Assembly (NCBI GenBank): GCA_023145965.1
Contig: JAGLDC010000037.1
Location: 1 to 62,663 of the forward strand
Direction of reading: 5' to 3'
Source: a bacterium
GTDB lineage: Bacteria > UBP14 > UBA6098
Length of the DNA stretch: 62,663 nt
Shown: positions 9,105-19,783 of the stretch, one piece after another
How the letters are laid out: each line of letters opens with the position of its first letter
How positions within the stretch are numbered: the stretch's first letter is position 1
Program-made: the position numbers and the translations under genes
Notes under the pieces: generated by a model
What the model was told of the DNA's origin: nothing
The model's input: only the letters and a program-made list of their open reading frames with translations
Databases searched by the model: none

Positions 9105-10019
9105 CTATAGTTTTGCAAATAAAACCTCCGAGATTAAGATTCCTATTCTTGCACCCCAATCTGAAATAATAACACTGGAAGATGTGCCACGCATGAGAAA
9201 TCTCTCTATAATAATTGCACCAGCCGGTAGAATTGTGGCTCTTTTTGGGGCAAAAGCTATAATTTTTCCTATTTGATTTTGGCTTTTTAAAGCCAAAGAA
9301 TCGATTGTTCGAGTAATCCAATTTAAATCGAGTGTGGAATGATGCACTTTTTCCGGTATATACTCCGATAAGTTATTGAAAATTGCCCCCAAAGTGGTTA
9401 TCGAACCGCCAACGCCAATCGGATTTTTTTTGAAAGCATTTTTTGGAATTACCTGTAATTCCAAATCGACGAGTTTTCTCACCTCATTTAACTGTGCTAT
9501 TGAAAAAGGTGCAATTAAATCCATCTTCTCAGTCAGCACAACAGCACCGATAGGAATGCTCATCGAATCCAACAAATTAGTGCTTCCCCAGATAATCTCT
9601 GTGCTCCCACCGCCAACATCGAAAACGCATTTCTCTGCACTATGGTCCAGGCCTAAAGTCGATCCCAGATAGGAAAAATAAGCCTCCTCTTTTGGTGTAA
9701 GGATCCTTACTGAATGGCCTATGGAATTCGACAAGATCGAAACGACTTGTGGGGCATTCTTAGCTTTTCTGAAGACTTCCGTCCCGAAAGGAATTATACT
9801 TTGAACGGCCTCGTTTTGCATTGTCTTCTTGAAATTATCCAAGACTCTTACGGCATCCTCGATAGCACTCTCGGATATTATTTTTGTTTTTAAAAGGCCT
9901 CTACCAAGGCGAGGTTCTTCGACTTTGGTGAATAGAGGTTTAATATCGCCGCTCCGATCTATTTCGGCGATGGTCATTAAAATGGAATTAGTTCCTATGT
10001 CTATGCTCGCGACTCGCAC
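9105..10019 (-). CDS. Ppx/GppA-family exopolyphosphatase / guanosine pentaphosphate phosphohydrolase
   Basis: ASIDIGTNSILM and DVGGGSTE ASKHA-fold phosphate motifs. The ORF track starts at a TTG (10046). I prefer the GTG at 10019 because AGGAGA lies 5 nt upstream. Confidence 0.8.
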   Translation of the reverse strand: MRVASIDIGTNSILMTIAEIDRSGDIKPLFTKVEEPRLGRGLLKTKIISESAIEDAVRVLDNFKKTMQNEAVQSIIPFGTEVFRKAKNAPQVVSILSNSIGHSVRILTPKEEAYFSYLGSTLGLDHSAEKCVFDVGGGSTEIIWGSTNLLDSMSIPIGAVVLTEKMDLIAPFSIAQLNEVRKLVDLELQVIPKNAFKKNPIGVGGSITTLGAIFNNLSEYIPEKVHHSTLDLNWITRTIDSLALKSQNQIGKIIAFAPKRATILPAGAIIIERFLMRGTSSSVIISDWGARIGILISEVLFAKL

Positions 10020-10398
10020 AGTATCTCCTATACAAAGCGAAAGCAAGGAAAACAGTTATGCATCCGGCTAGGTCGGCAATAAAGTCTGCAATGCTTGCCT
10101 TACGATAGGGTAATTTTGACTGAAAGTATTCAACAAGTCCACCAACTACCGATGGAATAAGGATAGTAGATATAAGAGGATATGCGCCGCTGACAGCGTA
10201 ATAAGCTAATGTCGAAAGTAACGCAAAAGCACCAAAATGAAGGACTTTATCGAAATTTTGAAAAAGCATCGGCTGGTTAGGCGACGGTTGAATGGTAAGG
10301 AAGATAATTATCACCGTCCAAATAATTGCTGGAAGGTATTTTAATGCCCGATAGAGCTTACTTCTTTCTGGTCGATTTAATTTATCCTTGGAATGCAT
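9988..10398 (-). CDS. VanZ-like membrane protein
   Basis: 136 aa with four hydrophobic helices and a DKVLHFGAFALL motif typical of the VanZ family. Lies 4 nt downstream of uvrA. Confidence 0.55.
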   Translation of the reverse strand: MHSKDKLNRPERSKLYRALKYLPAIIWTVIIIFLTIQPSPNQPMLFQNFDKVLHFGAFALLSTLAYYAVSGAYPLISTILIPSVVGGLVEYFQSKLPYRKASIADFIADLAGCITVFLAFALYRRYCASREHRHRN

Positions 10399-10402
10399 AT
10401 TA

Positions 10403-13243
10403 CTAAATTATTCCCAGGGATTTTTTTAGGAAAGAGCCGGTATAGCTTTTTCGATTCATTGCGATATTTTCCGGTGTGCCTTTCGCCACGATAGTTCCCC
10501 CCATATCTCCACCTTCGGGACCGAGGTCTATGATGTAATCGGCAACCTTGAGAACATCTAAGTTGTGCTCGATTACAAGGACGGTATTACCAAGATCGAC
10601 AAGTTTATTAAGAACATCAAGAAGTATTTTAACATCGTAAGCATGAAGACCGACAGTAGGTTCGTCGAGAATGTAGAGCGTTTTTCCTGTCGATTTTTTA
10701 GAAAGCTCTGTTGCAAGTTTAACTCTTTGTGCTTCGCCACCAGAAAGCGTAACAGCAGATTGTCCAAGCGTGATATATCCAAGGCCTACATTACGAAGTG
10801 TTTTAAGTTTGTTTGAGATCAAGGTTATATTCTCGAAGAAATCGGTTGCTTCATCGACGGTCATTTCGAGAATTTCATTTATATTTTTGCCTTTATATCG
10901 AATTTGTAGAGTTTCTCTGTTGTAGCGTTTACCATGGCAGACGTCGCAGGGAACATAAACATCGGGCAAGAAATGCATTTCGAGCTTAATTGTGCCTCCC
11001 CCGCCACATGTATCGCATCTGCCGCCTTTAACATTGAAAGAAAATCTTCCTGTTTTGTAACCTCTTGCTCGTGATTCAGGCAAGCTAGCGAAAAGTTCCC
11101 GTATAGGAGTAAAAGCGCCGGTATATGTAGCCGGATTGCTTCTTGGAGTTCTTCCAATAGGTGACTGGTCAATATCAATGACCTTATCTATGAATTCGAG
11201 ACCGCGAATAAAGCGATATGGCAGTGGGCGAATATTCTTGCGCGTGAAATAGCGTGCAAGTATCGGGAACAGCGTCTCGTTTATCAGCGTGGATTTTCCC
11301 GAGCCTGAAACACCCGATATACAGATAAACATACCAAGTGGGAGTTGAATATCAACATTTGCAAGATTATTGCCGGATGCACCTTCGAGGGCGAGAATTT
11401 TCCCATTCCCTTTGCGACGATTCTCTGGAGTAGGTATCTCGAATTTGCCCGAGAGATATTTGCCGGTGTAAGAATTATCACATTTGACTATTTCTTCGGG
11501 AGTGCCGGCGCATACGATCTCTCCCCCGTGTATTCCGGCACCCGGTCCGAGATCGATAATATAATCCGCAGCCTCGATTGTCTCGCGATCGTGTTCGACG
11601 ATTATGACTGTATTCCCGATGTCACGCATAGATTCGAGTGTTTTAATTAGGCGAATATTGTCGCGCTGATGAAGGCCGATAGACGGTTCATCGAGAACAT
11701 ACATCACTCCGACCAGCCGGCTACCAATTTGTGTGGCTAAATGTATTCGTTGGGATTCTCCGCCTGAAAGCGTGCTGGATTGGCGATTTAGGGTAAGGTA
11801 GCCAACGCCCACGGCATCGAGAAATGCAAGGCGCTCGGTGATCTCTTTGAGTATCTGTTTCGATATGAACTTTTCGCGGTCGGTAAGTCTTTCTTGTAGG
11901 TTTCGGAAGAAGAAAAGCGCCTCGGCGATGCTCATCGATGTAACCTCATTTATGGGCAAATCGCCGACTCGAACACTTCTGGCTTCAGGGCGAAGTCTGC
12001 TTCCACCACATTTAGGGCACGGAGCTTGACTCATAAACTGCTCTATCCACATGCGAATTCCGTGGCTGTCGGTCTGATGGAAACGCCGTTTTAGGTTGGG
12101 AATTATGCCTTCATATTGAGATTTCCATTGGCCTTTGGCTTTGCCATCTTGAGATTCGTAATGGAAAGTGAATTCCTTATTACCCGATCCGTAAAGAACA
12201 ATCTTTTGAAAATCGTCCGAAAGTTTACTCCACGGTTTATATAGGTCAATGCCTAGTTCAGCTGCCACTGCCTTGATCATTCTACCCCAGTGTCTTCCTG
12301 TGGGGTCTCCCCATGCTTTAATTGCGCCATCCATAATGCTCTTTGATTTATCCGGCACAATGAGGTCGAGGTCGAGTTTGCGCTCGGTGCCAAGGCCATC
12401 GCAAGAAGGGCAGGCACCATAGGGACTATTAAAGCTAAACGAGCGCGGAGAAAGCTCCTCATAGGATATGCCACAAACAGGGCATGCATAATTTTCACTG
12501 AATATCTGCTCTTCTTCGGTGTCGGGATCGAGTATCATGACCATGCCATCGCCGAATTTTATCGCAATTTCTATAGACTCAGTGAGCCTCTGTTGGATAT
12601 CATCTTTGATAACAAGCCTGTCCACGACTATCTCTATGTTGTGCTTGATTTTGCGAGAAAGCTCGAGTTTGTCTTCGATAGAGTGAACCTCTCCATCGAT
12701 TCTCGCCCGGACAAAACCGTCGCGAGCGATGCCATCTATGAGGTCCCGATATTCACCTTTTCGCGAGCGAACAAGAGGAGCGAGAATCAGAATACGCTTG
12801 CCCTCCGGCCATTCCAATATTTTATCGACAATCCCCTGCACGCTCCACTTGGATATCTTCCTGCCGCATTGATAGCAAAAAGCAATGCCGATTCTTGCAT
12901 AAAGCAAACGCAGATAATCATATATCTCGGTGACTGTCGAGACTGTTGAGCGCGGATTGTGGCTCGCTCGTCTTTGCTCGATAGCAACAGCCGGTGATAA
13001 ACCCTCGATATTATCGACATCGGGTTTTTCCATAAGACTGAGAAACTGACGGGCGTAAGCCGACAGCGATTCTACATAGCGACGCTGTCCTTCAGCAAAG
13101 AGCGTGTCAAAAGCAAGAGAGCTCTTACCGCTACCGGATAAGCCGGTAATGACGGTAAGGCTATCTCGAGGAATATCGACCGAAATATTCTTCAGGTTAT
13201 GTTCCCGCGCGCCTTTAATTGATATGATTTCGCTTTTACTCAT
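10403..13243 (-). CDS. uvrA: Excinuclease ABC subunit A
   Basis: Two ABC modules (GLSGSGKSSLAFDT and GVSGSGKSTL; LSGGESQR and LSGGEAQR), zinc modules (CPVCG...CPSCDG, CPKCGG, CDTCGGGG...CDVCHG). 946 aa. Confidence 0.97.
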   Translation of the reverse strand: MSKSEIISIKGAREHNLKNISVDIPRDSLTVITGLSGSGKSSLAFDTLFAEGQRRYVESLSAYARQFLSLMEKPDVDNIEGLSPAVAIEQRRASHNPRSTVSTVTEIYDYLRLLYARIGIAFCYQCGRKISKWSVQGIVDKILEWPEGKRILILAPLVRSRKGEYRDLIDGIARDGFVRARIDGEVHSIEDKLELSRKIKHNIEIVVDRLVIKDDIQQRLTESIEIAIKFGDGMVMILDPDTEEEQIFSENYACPVCGISYEELSPRSFSFNSPYGACPSCDGLGTERKLDLDLIVPDKSKSIMDGAIKAWGDPTGRHWGRMIKAVAAELGIDLYKPWSKLSDDFQKIVLYGSGNKEFTFHYESQDGKAKGQWKSQYEGIIPNLKRRFHQTDSHGIRMWIEQFMSQAPCPKCGGSRLRPEARSVRVGDLPINEVTSMSIAEALFFFRNLQERLTDREKFISKQILKEITERLAFLDAVGVGYLTLNRQSSTLSGGESQRIHLATQIGSRLVGVMYVLDEPSIGLHQRDNIRLIKTLESMRDIGNTVIIVEHDRETIEAADYIIDLGPGAGIHGGEIVCAGTPEEIVKCDNSYTGKYLSGKFEIPTPENRRKGNGKILALEGASGNNLANVDIQLPLGMFICISGVSGSGKSTLINETLFPILARYFTRKNIRPLPYRFIRGLEFIDKVIDIDQSPIGRTPRSNPATYTGAFTPIRELFASLPESRARGYKTGRFSFNVKGGRCDTCGGGGTIKLEMHFLPDVYVPCDVCHGKRYNRETLQIRYKGKNINEILEMTVDEATDFFENITLISNKLKTLRNVGLGYITLGQSAVTLSGGEAQRVKLATELSKKSTGKTLYILDEPTVGLHAYDVKILLDVLNKLVDLGNTVLVIEHNLDVLKVADYIIDLGPEGGDMGGTIVAKGTPENIAMNRKSYTGSFLKKSLGII

Positions 13244-13561
13244 ACATGTTATTTCTTTAAAAAGAATATTTATTTAATATATAGTTAAATTAGTTATTTT
13301 CAAGCGACGCTTTCAGTTAAGAGGACACAGTATTAAGACAAATCGCCTATTATTCTCTAATTTGGAAAAGGAGCGTGATTTTATTAAGTTACTTATATTT
13401 TCAGGATTTTTATTCGGTTCGATTATAACTTCAAGGTGGAATAGCGTTAAATGTGGTGCAATGCTTTTTCTAATAGGAAAAATTCAACTTGTTGCATAAT
13501 GCCAGTTTATAGCTATATTTGAATAATTGATATAAGTATCACAGATACTGAGGTCTGTATT

Positions 13562-16375
13562 ATGCGTAGCTTATTTGTAATATTGCTTTTAATCTCTTCT
13601 TTAGTTTTTCCTGCTGTTCCATTCCTAGAAAATGCCCGCGAGATTTTACCTTCGCCCTTTGATGGCCATGCGCAGATGTCCCAGATAGTTGTCAATTTGG
13701 ATGAGCAAGCGCTACCGGGTTGGCGTGGAATAATAAATCAATGGACGGGACGTCCTTATAGAGCATTTGGGAAGGGGATCGAAATACCACACTGGGTGGA
13801 AACTCCCGAATTAGCGGAAAATGCCGTCAGAGCATTTATAGATGATCACCCCGATATTTTTTGTGTTTCTTCACAACAGATTAGAACGGTGAAATGCAAA
13901 CGACATCTCGATACGTGGTTCGTTATTTTCGATCAACTTCAGGATGGCAAACGCATTTATGGTGCGCGGCTAGATTTTAGAATATCTCCGGATGGCAAGC
14001 TTTTCATGTTTGGTGACCAAACATTGCCGGCTTTCAAAAGGGAATGGCCGGTTTTGTCGGCCATCAATACAATCGATTTGGCTCAAAGGGACCTGGGCTT
14101 TCAGTATTCAAATGCCGAGGAATTAGAAGAAATTTGGCTCCCAATAGAGGAAGATGGGCGCCTTGTTCCTCATCCGGTCCGTAGAATTGATTTAACGGTG
14201 GACAATCCACCATCGAAATGGGCTTGTTATGTTGATATCACAACTGGTGCGACGCTTATGCGCGTTAATAAATTTTATTACTTTTCTGGTTATATAACTG
14301 CGAGTGTCGAGGTTTCCCCGGTCGCTCCATGGAACACAACACATACGCGTCCGATCCGATGGGGAAGAATTGTATTTGGTTCTTACTACACAGATGCAAG
14401 TGATACCGGTTATTATAATTTCTCCACATCGAGCAGTGGAACCGCTATTCACGAACTTGAAGGAGCATATCTAACAATGAATGATTCCAACGGCGCCGAG
14501 CCTTATTTCTCAACCTCGGTTTCCGGCAGCGCCGATCTCGATATTCACATGGATGATTCCTATTCAGGTCCCGAAGAGCGTTCGGCTTATGTTTGGGCTA
14601 TGCGTGCTTTAAGAAACACTAAGCTTATAGACCCTTCATTCACAGGCATGGATGTTCGCACTGGCTGTAATGTCAATTTATACGGTTCCTGCAATGCTTA
14701 TTGGAATGGTAGTTCAATTAATTTCTATCGAGAAGGAGAGGATTGCCCCAATATTGCTCGTATTAAGGATGTTGTAATGCACGAATATACTCACGGCATC
14801 ACATCTGCGATTTACGATGGTAGCGGTTATGATCCGCTTTTAGCAGTTAATGAAAGCTGGAGTGATTATTTCCCCTGCACCGACTCCGACAATCCGCAAC
14901 TCGGTCGCGGTTTCTTTGGAAGCTATACATATCTTCGTTTAATTGACAACGATATGGTCTATCCTGATGATTGGGAGGGCGAGGGACATCACGACGGAAT
15001 GATTCTCAGTGCGGCCTTGTGGGATATGCGTGCAGTTCTCGGAAGATCTTATTCGGATACACTATTTATGTTTGCACGCTATGGCTTACCCTATAATTTT
15101 AGTGATTATTATTACGATATTTTAGCTGTCGATGACGATGATGCCGATCTCTCTAACGGCACCCCGAATTACTGTGTCATTGCGGATGCTTTCGGTGAGC
15201 ACGGTATAGGTGGTGGTGCGGATATAATTCTCTCGCATACTCCTCTCGGCGACACCGAAAATACCCATTTGCCCTATTCTGTTGTTGCCAATCTTGTCGC
15301 TTGTGCTAGCTCCTCCTGGTTGCCCGAAAGCGTTCTTGTGCGCTTTTCTATCGATGGATTTCTTTGGGCTACAACGGCTATGACATCAACTGGAGGAACA
15401 GTATATACAGGGAGTATCCCGCCTCAACCTGCGGGGACAATAGTGCGTTATGCAGTTGTAATTAAAGATAATTTAGGCCACTCAAAGACGCATCCATCTG
15501 ACTACCCCGATAGGAAAAATATATTTGCCGTTGGATCGCAAGTAGCAATATTCGAAGACGATTTTGACTCGGACCTAGGATGGTCGAGCGGAGCTACAGG
15601 CGATGATGCCTCGACCGGTCAATGGGTGCGCGAAGACCCATATGAAACCTATAATACTTCGACTGGTTTAATTTATCAATCTGAAGATGATCATACGAGT
15701 TCGCCGGGAACTCATTGTTGGGTCACAGGTAACGCGCCCATGAGTCAGGGGGCTGGCTATGCCGATGTTGATGGCGGTAAGGTTACGCTTCTTTCTCCAA
15801 TAATAAACCTATCTGCCTATCCCGATCCGATGGTTAAGTATTGGCGCTGGTTCACAAATGAAACCTCCCTCGATGACTCATTTTGGGTTGCAGCCTCCAG
15901 CGATGGAGGAAGTAGCTGGCACGTCGTCGAGGTCGTTCCGCAGACGGAAAATAACTGGACCCGGGTTGTCTTTCCTCTTACGGATTTCATTACCGCAACC
16001 TCAAATGTTCGTTTTGCTTTTCAGGCTACCGATTATCGATCAGGAAGCCTCACAGAGGCAATGGTGGACGATTTTGGTATCTATGCTTATGTGCCGGTCG
16101 CAGTTGAAGAGAGGCTGAAATTACCAGAAGAATTTGATATGGAAATCTGGCCGAATCCGTTCAACGCCTCATTGAGAATGGAGTTTTCTGTCATTCCAGA
16201 AAAAGCAGAAATATTCGATATTGTAGGGAGGCAAATAGTTGTATTGGTCCCCGGAAAAACAATTATTTGGAATGGCGAAGATGTTTTGGGCGAAGAAATA
16301 CCCAGCGGGATATATTTTGTTCGCGCAAGTTTCGGGGATAGTGATATTATCAAAAAGGTATCGTTGATTAGATAA
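13562..16375 (+). CDS. Secreted zinc metalloprotease (thermolysin-clan, M4/M36-like) with T9SS type-A C-terminal sorting domain
   Basis: Signal peptide. HEYTH at 14780-14794 followed by NESWSDYF (third-ligand Glu region). The last ~80 aa are WPNPFNASLRMEF...GIYFVRA...KKVSLIR (Por_Secre_tail-like). Confidence 0.8.
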   Translation: MRSLFVILLLISSLVFPAVPFLENAREILPSPFDGHAQMSQIVVNLDEQALPGWRGIINQWTGRPYRAFGKGIEIPHWVETPELAENAVRAFIDDHPDIFCVSSQQIRTVKCKRHLDTWFVIFDQLQDGKRIYGARLDFRISPDGKLFMFGDQTLPAFKREWPVLSAINTIDLAQRDLGFQYSNAEELEEIWLPIEEDGRLVPHPVRRIDLTVDNPPSKWACYVDITTGATLMRVNKFYYFSGYITASVEVSPVAPWNTTHTRPIRWGRIVFGSYYTDASDTGYYNFSTSSSGTAIHELEGAYLTMNDSNGAEPYFSTSVSGSADLDIHMDDSYSGPEERSAYVWAMRALRNTKLIDPSFTGMDVRTGCNVNLYGSCNAYWNGSSINFYREGEDCPNIARIKDVVMHEYTHGITSAIYDGSGYDPLLAVNESWSDYFPCTDSDNPQLGRGFFGSYTYLRLIDNDMVYPDDWEGEGHHDGMILSAALWDMRAVLGRSYSDTLFMFARYGLPYNFSDYYYDILAVDDDDADLSNGTPNYCVIADAFGEHGIGGGADIILSHTPLGDTENTHLPYSVVANLVACASSSWLPESVLVRFSIDGFLWATTAMTSTGGTVYTGSIPPQPAGTIVRYAVVIKDNLGHSKTHPSDYPDRKNIFAVGSQVAIFEDDFDSDLGWSSGATGDDASTGQWVREDPYETYNTSTGLIYQSEDDHTSSPGTHCWVTGNAPMSQGAGYADVDGGKVTLLSPIINLSAYPDPMVKYWRWFTNETSLDDSFWVAASSDGGSSWHVVEVVPQTENNWTRVVFPLTDFITATSNVRFAFQATDYRSGSLTEAMVDDFGIYAYVPVAVEERLKLPEEFDMEIWPNPFNASLRMEFSVIPEKAEIFDIVGRQIVVLVPGKTIIWNGEDVLGEEIPSGIYFVRASFGDSDIIKKVSLIR

Positions 16376-16404
16376 ATTAATCGAGGATAATGAATCTCCA
16401 AAAA

Positions 16405-16428
16405 GGCAGGTTAGACCTGTCTTTTTTT
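16405..16428 (+). terminator. Rho-independent terminator after the protease gene
   Basis: GGCAGGT-tag-ACCTGTC stem (7 bp, one G-U) followed by TTTTTTT. Confidence 0.6.
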
Positions 16429-16496
16429 CATTTTTAATAGGTGTTGCGGAATGTGGCTTGCTTAATTATATATGTTATAATGTTTAGGAGTCGATA

Positions 16497-17267
16497 TTGA
16501 AAGCACGAAATAAACCACTAACCCAGGTTTATGACTATTTTAACTTGGTTGCACAAGCATTTGCGGGTATAGTTAAAAAGCCATATTATTTTTCCGAAGT
16601 TTTGCTCCAGATGGAAAACATCGGTGTCCAATCTCTGCCTATAGTCCTTTTAACAAGCACTTTCGTCGGCATGATATTAGCATATCAAGCCGGGTTTGCA
16701 ATGGCTGTTTTTGGTGCGAAGATGTATATCGGAACACTGATAAGTCTCTCGCTTGTTCGCGAGCTTGGGCCGGTGTTGGCTTCGGTTGTTGTGGCCGGAA
16801 GAATAGGAGCCGGCACTGCGGCGGAACTTGGTAGTATGCTTGTGACAGAGCAAATCGACGCAATGCGTGCGATGGGAACCGATCCGATTAAAAAGCTTGT
16901 CACTACGCGGCTTATTGCGGGCATGATAATGATTCCTTTTTTGGTTATAATCGCCGACCTAATGGGTATTCTTGGAGGCGGCTTTATTGCATCTAGCGCC
17001 TTTGGGCTTGCTCCCTCTTTCTATAAGAAAACGGTCATCCAAGCACTCGTTGTCGAGGATTTGGCTATGACCCTTCTTAAGGGGGTTTTCTTCTCTATTT
17101 TGATTATAACGATGGGTTGCTATGCCGGTCTCAATGTCGAAGGCGGAACTACGGGTGTGGGCCATGCTACTACCCGGGCGGTAGTGTTAAGCATTGTATT
17201 TATTTTAATAACGGATTATTTCCTAACGGTGTTGCTTCTTAAACTCCTTCCGGGATTGGCGTTTTAA
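16497..17267 (+). CDS. mlaE: Phospholipid/lipid ABC transporter permease MlaE
   Basis: TTG start with AGGAG SD. MlaE/YrbE-type permease (LVRELGPVL...AGR.G...AELGSM.V.EQIDA). Followed by an ATPase and an MCE protein. Confidence 0.85.
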   Translation: MKARNKPLTQVYDYFNLVAQAFAGIVKKPYYFSEVLLQMENIGVQSLPIVLLTSTFVGMILAYQAGFAMAVFGAKMYIGTLISLSLVRELGPVLASVVVAGRIGAGTAAELGSMLVTEQIDAMRAMGTDPIKKLVTTRLIAGMIMIPFLVIIADLMGILGGGFIASSAFGLAPSFYKKTVIQALVVEDLAMTLLKGVFFSILIITMGCYAGLNVEGGTTGVGHATTRAVVLSIVFILITDYFLTVLLLKLLPGLAF

Positions 17268-18008
17268 TTGATCTCGCTGAAGAACATATCGAAATCTTTT
17301 GAAGGAATGCCGGTTCTCGACAAACTGAATCTCGATATCGAAAGAGGCGAAACTTTCGTGATCATGGGGAAATCTGGTTGCGGCAAGTCGGTGACCTTAA
17401 AGATAATCCTAAGATTGCTTTATCCAGACGAAGGCCAGATTTTCATTGATGGCGAGGACACAACCTATTTTAACGAAAAACTCATGATGCCAATCCGCAC
17501 GAAAATAGGTATGCTTTTCCAAGGCGCAGCTCTATTCGATTCTATGAATGTGTGGCAGAACCTAGCTTATCCGCTTTTGGAACACACGCAACTCCCAATC
17601 GAGGAGATCAACGCGAAGATAGCCGAGCTATTAACCTTCGTCGGTCTTAATGGCGCTCAAGAAAAGTCACCATCGGAACTTTCGGGGGGCATGAAGAAGC
17701 GAGTTGCTCTCGCTCGCGCAATGATCAATGATCCATCCTATGTTTTCTTCGATGAGCCGACAACCGGCCTCGATCCTGTAACATCGGGGATGATTAATGG
17801 TCTTATAATTAGAACCAGAGAACGCTTCGGTGTAACATCGATTGTCGTTACTCACGATTTGGCTAGCGCAATGCGGATTGGAACACGATATGCGTTTATA
17901 CATGAAGGGAAAATCGGATTCGAGGGAAACAAAGCGGAGCTTTTTAAATCAAAGAATCCGGGATTGCGTGAATTTTTAAAGGATGCAGAATGGCAAGACC
18001 AGTCCTAA
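17268..18008 (+). CDS. mlaF: ABC transporter ATP-binding protein MlaF
   Basis: Walker A GKSGCGKS, signature LSGGMKKRVALARA, Walker B VFFDEPTTGLD. Confidence 0.85.
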   Translation: MISLKNISKSFEGMPVLDKLNLDIERGETFVIMGKSGCGKSVTLKIILRLLYPDEGQIFIDGEDTTYFNEKLMMPIRTKIGMLFQGAALFDSMNVWQNLAYPLLEHTQLPIEEINAKIAELLTFVGLNGAQEKSPSELSGGMKKRVALARAMINDPSYVFFDEPTTGLDPVTSGMINGLIIRTRERFGVTSIVVTHDLASAMRIGTRYAFIHEGKIGFEGNKAELFKSKNPGLREFLKDAEWQDQS

Positions 18009-18970
18009 GAACTACTCCCGCTCAGAAAGCCTCTATAGGCGGGTTGATCGTTGTAGCATTGTTGATACTGGGCGTTGCAGTTTTAATACTCGGCGGCGAA
18101 CAGGGATTTATGTCTCGTCGGTATCAGCTAATGGCGCGTTTTGAACGAATAAGCGGTTTACAGTCCGGTGCACCGGTGTGGCTTGCGGGCCAGAGAGTCG
18201 GATTTGTATCTCAGATTGAGTTCGTGAAAGACGATGCTGATGGCGTTTTTATCGATGTTACGATGCGTATCGATTCGCGATATAGTGATCTTATTCGAAG
18301 AGACTCCGAGGCGAGAATCGGCACGCTTGGTCTTTTGGGAGATAAGCTCGTAGGCATAACTCTCGGTTCGGCGGATTCACTCAAACTCAAACCGGGAGAG
18401 TACGTAAAAACGGACAATCCGATAGATTTCGAAGAGCTTATTCAACGAGGAGTCGAGACTTTCGGAGATTTGGCCGAGGGCGGGAAATCCCTTAAGTCTA
18501 TTGCCGCGAAGATAGATTCTGGTGAGGGCACTTTAGGCAAACTCATTAATGATCCCTCGATCTATTTCGATATAGCCGCTCTTACAAGATCCACAGAGGA
18601 AATAGTTGATAAGATCAATAAAAATGAAGGCAATATCGGCAGATTGTTTAATGATACCCTTCTTTATGATGAGATGGTTGCCTCGATATCGGATGTTAGA
18701 GAATTGATAGATAGCATTGGAGATGGTAGAGGCACTTTGGGGAGGCTCGTGAAAGATCCTTCGCTGTATGACCATCTTTCCGCTTCGCTTGGAAGAATAG
18801 ACACTCTTATTGCGCGAGTAGAGCGCGGAGAGGGAACGTCCGGGAAGTTTATATCCTCTGATGATCTTTATCGTGAAGTTACAAGCACTGTTGGTTCGCT
18901 CGATTCGCTTCTTATTGATATTCGTAATAATCCAGCTAAATATTTCAAGGTTAAGGTTACTATATTTTAA
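17990..18970 (+). CDS. mlaD: MCE-domain protein MlaD with C-terminal GTLGKL..D..LY repeats
   Basis: N-terminal TM helix and an MCE domain (GLQSGAPVWLAGQRVGFV). Four roughly 30-aa repeats (EGTLGKLINDPSIY, EGNIGRLFNDTLLY, RGTLGRLVKDPSLY, EGTSGKFISSDDLY). Confidence 0.8.
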   Translation: MARPVLRTTPAQKASIGGLIVVALLILGVAVLILGGEQGFMSRRYQLMARFERISGLQSGAPVWLAGQRVGFVSQIEFVKDDADGVFIDVTMRIDSRYSDLIRRDSEARIGTLGLLGDKLVGITLGSADSLKLKPGEYVKTDNPIDFEELIQRGVETFGDLAEGGKSLKSIAAKIDSGEGTLGKLINDPSIYFDIAALTRSTEEIVDKINKNEGNIGRLFNDTLLYDEMVASISDVRELIDSIGDGRGTLGRLVKDPSLYDHLSASLGRIDTLIARVERGEGTSGKFISSDDLYREVTSTVGSLDSLLIDIRNNPAKYFKVKVTIF

Positions 18971-19099
18971 TAAAGCAGGTGGGGAGTTTCTCGAATAATG
19001 AGGTTGGTTTCTCAGGCTTGCAGTGAAAGAGCATAAATACCGCTCTCACAGAAGTGAAATATTGAGCTCGCCAACTGTCTAATCACGGATAGATCGAGA

Positions 19100-19783
19100 A
19101 TGAAAACAAATTTTAAACCTAGACGGAAAATGACGATGAAAAAAGGTATTCTTATATCATTCGAAGGTATAGATGGAAGCGGTAAATCGACACAGATGAA
19201 AGAAGCTGCGGAATATCTGAGCTCGCGTGGCTATGAAGTTCTTATCACCCGTGAACCCGGTGGCACGGAACTTGCTGAAAAAATACGCAAAGTGTTGCTC
19301 GATGCGAAGATGGATGGCAAAATAACCTCGAAGGCTGAATTGCTGCTTTATCTGGCATCTCGGCATCAGCACAGCAAAGAGATTATCGAGCCGTTTTTAA
19401 AAAACGGCGGGATTGTTCTTACGGATCGCTACGCAGATAGCTCGACGGCATATCAGGGAGTGGGAAGGGGTCTTGGCATAGAGTTGGTCGAAGGACTTAA
19501 CGAATTGGTTATCCCCCAATGGCCTGATTTAACAATAATAATCGATATTTTGCCCGAGGAAGCCCTTCTCAGAATGAACGAAAGAAAACCGGACAGACTA
19601 GAGCGCGCCGGTATGGAGTTTCAAAAAGTGGTAAGAGAGGGTTTTATCGAGCTTGCACGGCGGCATCCAAAAAGAATGGTCGTGGTTCGAAGCGATAAAG
19701 TTAAAGAGAAAACAACGCGCGAGGTTATTCGGACTATCGATGAATTCTTGGCAAAGCGTAATATTTACAAGGAAGAAAAATGA
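19100..19783 (+). CDS. tmk: Thymidylate kinase
   Basis: ISFEGIDGSGKSTQ P-loop, DRY motif (TDRYADS), lid region. The true start may be an internal ATG (19130 or 19136), which would give the usual MKKGxxIxFEG N-terminus. Confidence 0.9.
   Translation: MKTNFKPRRKMTMKKGILISFEGIDGSGKSTQMKEAAEYLSSRGYEVLITREPGGTELAEKIRKVLLDAKMDGKITSKAELLLYLASRHQHSKEIIEPFLKNGGIVLTDRYADSSTAYQGVGRGLGIELVEGLNELVIPQWPDLTIIIDILPEEALLRMNERKPDRLERAGMEFQKVVREGFIELARRHPKRMVVVRSDKVKEKTTREVIRTIDEFLAKRNIYKEEK

Noticed and set aside
9988-10046. 59-nt overlap between the VanZ-like gene and the Ppx/GppA ORF as drawn in the ORF track.
   Set aside because: This is most likely a start-codon artefact. The TTG at 10046 has no SD, whereas the GTG at 10019 follows AGGAGA. 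A 32-nt overlap remains, which is unremarkable.
13244-13561. SOS/LexA box upstream of uvrA, and a 6-bp hairpin AGTATC-aca-GATACT just before the protease start.
   Set aside because: No CTGT-N8-ACAG or GAAC-N4-GTTC type palindrome is present. The hairpin is short and could arise by chance in AT-rich DNA.
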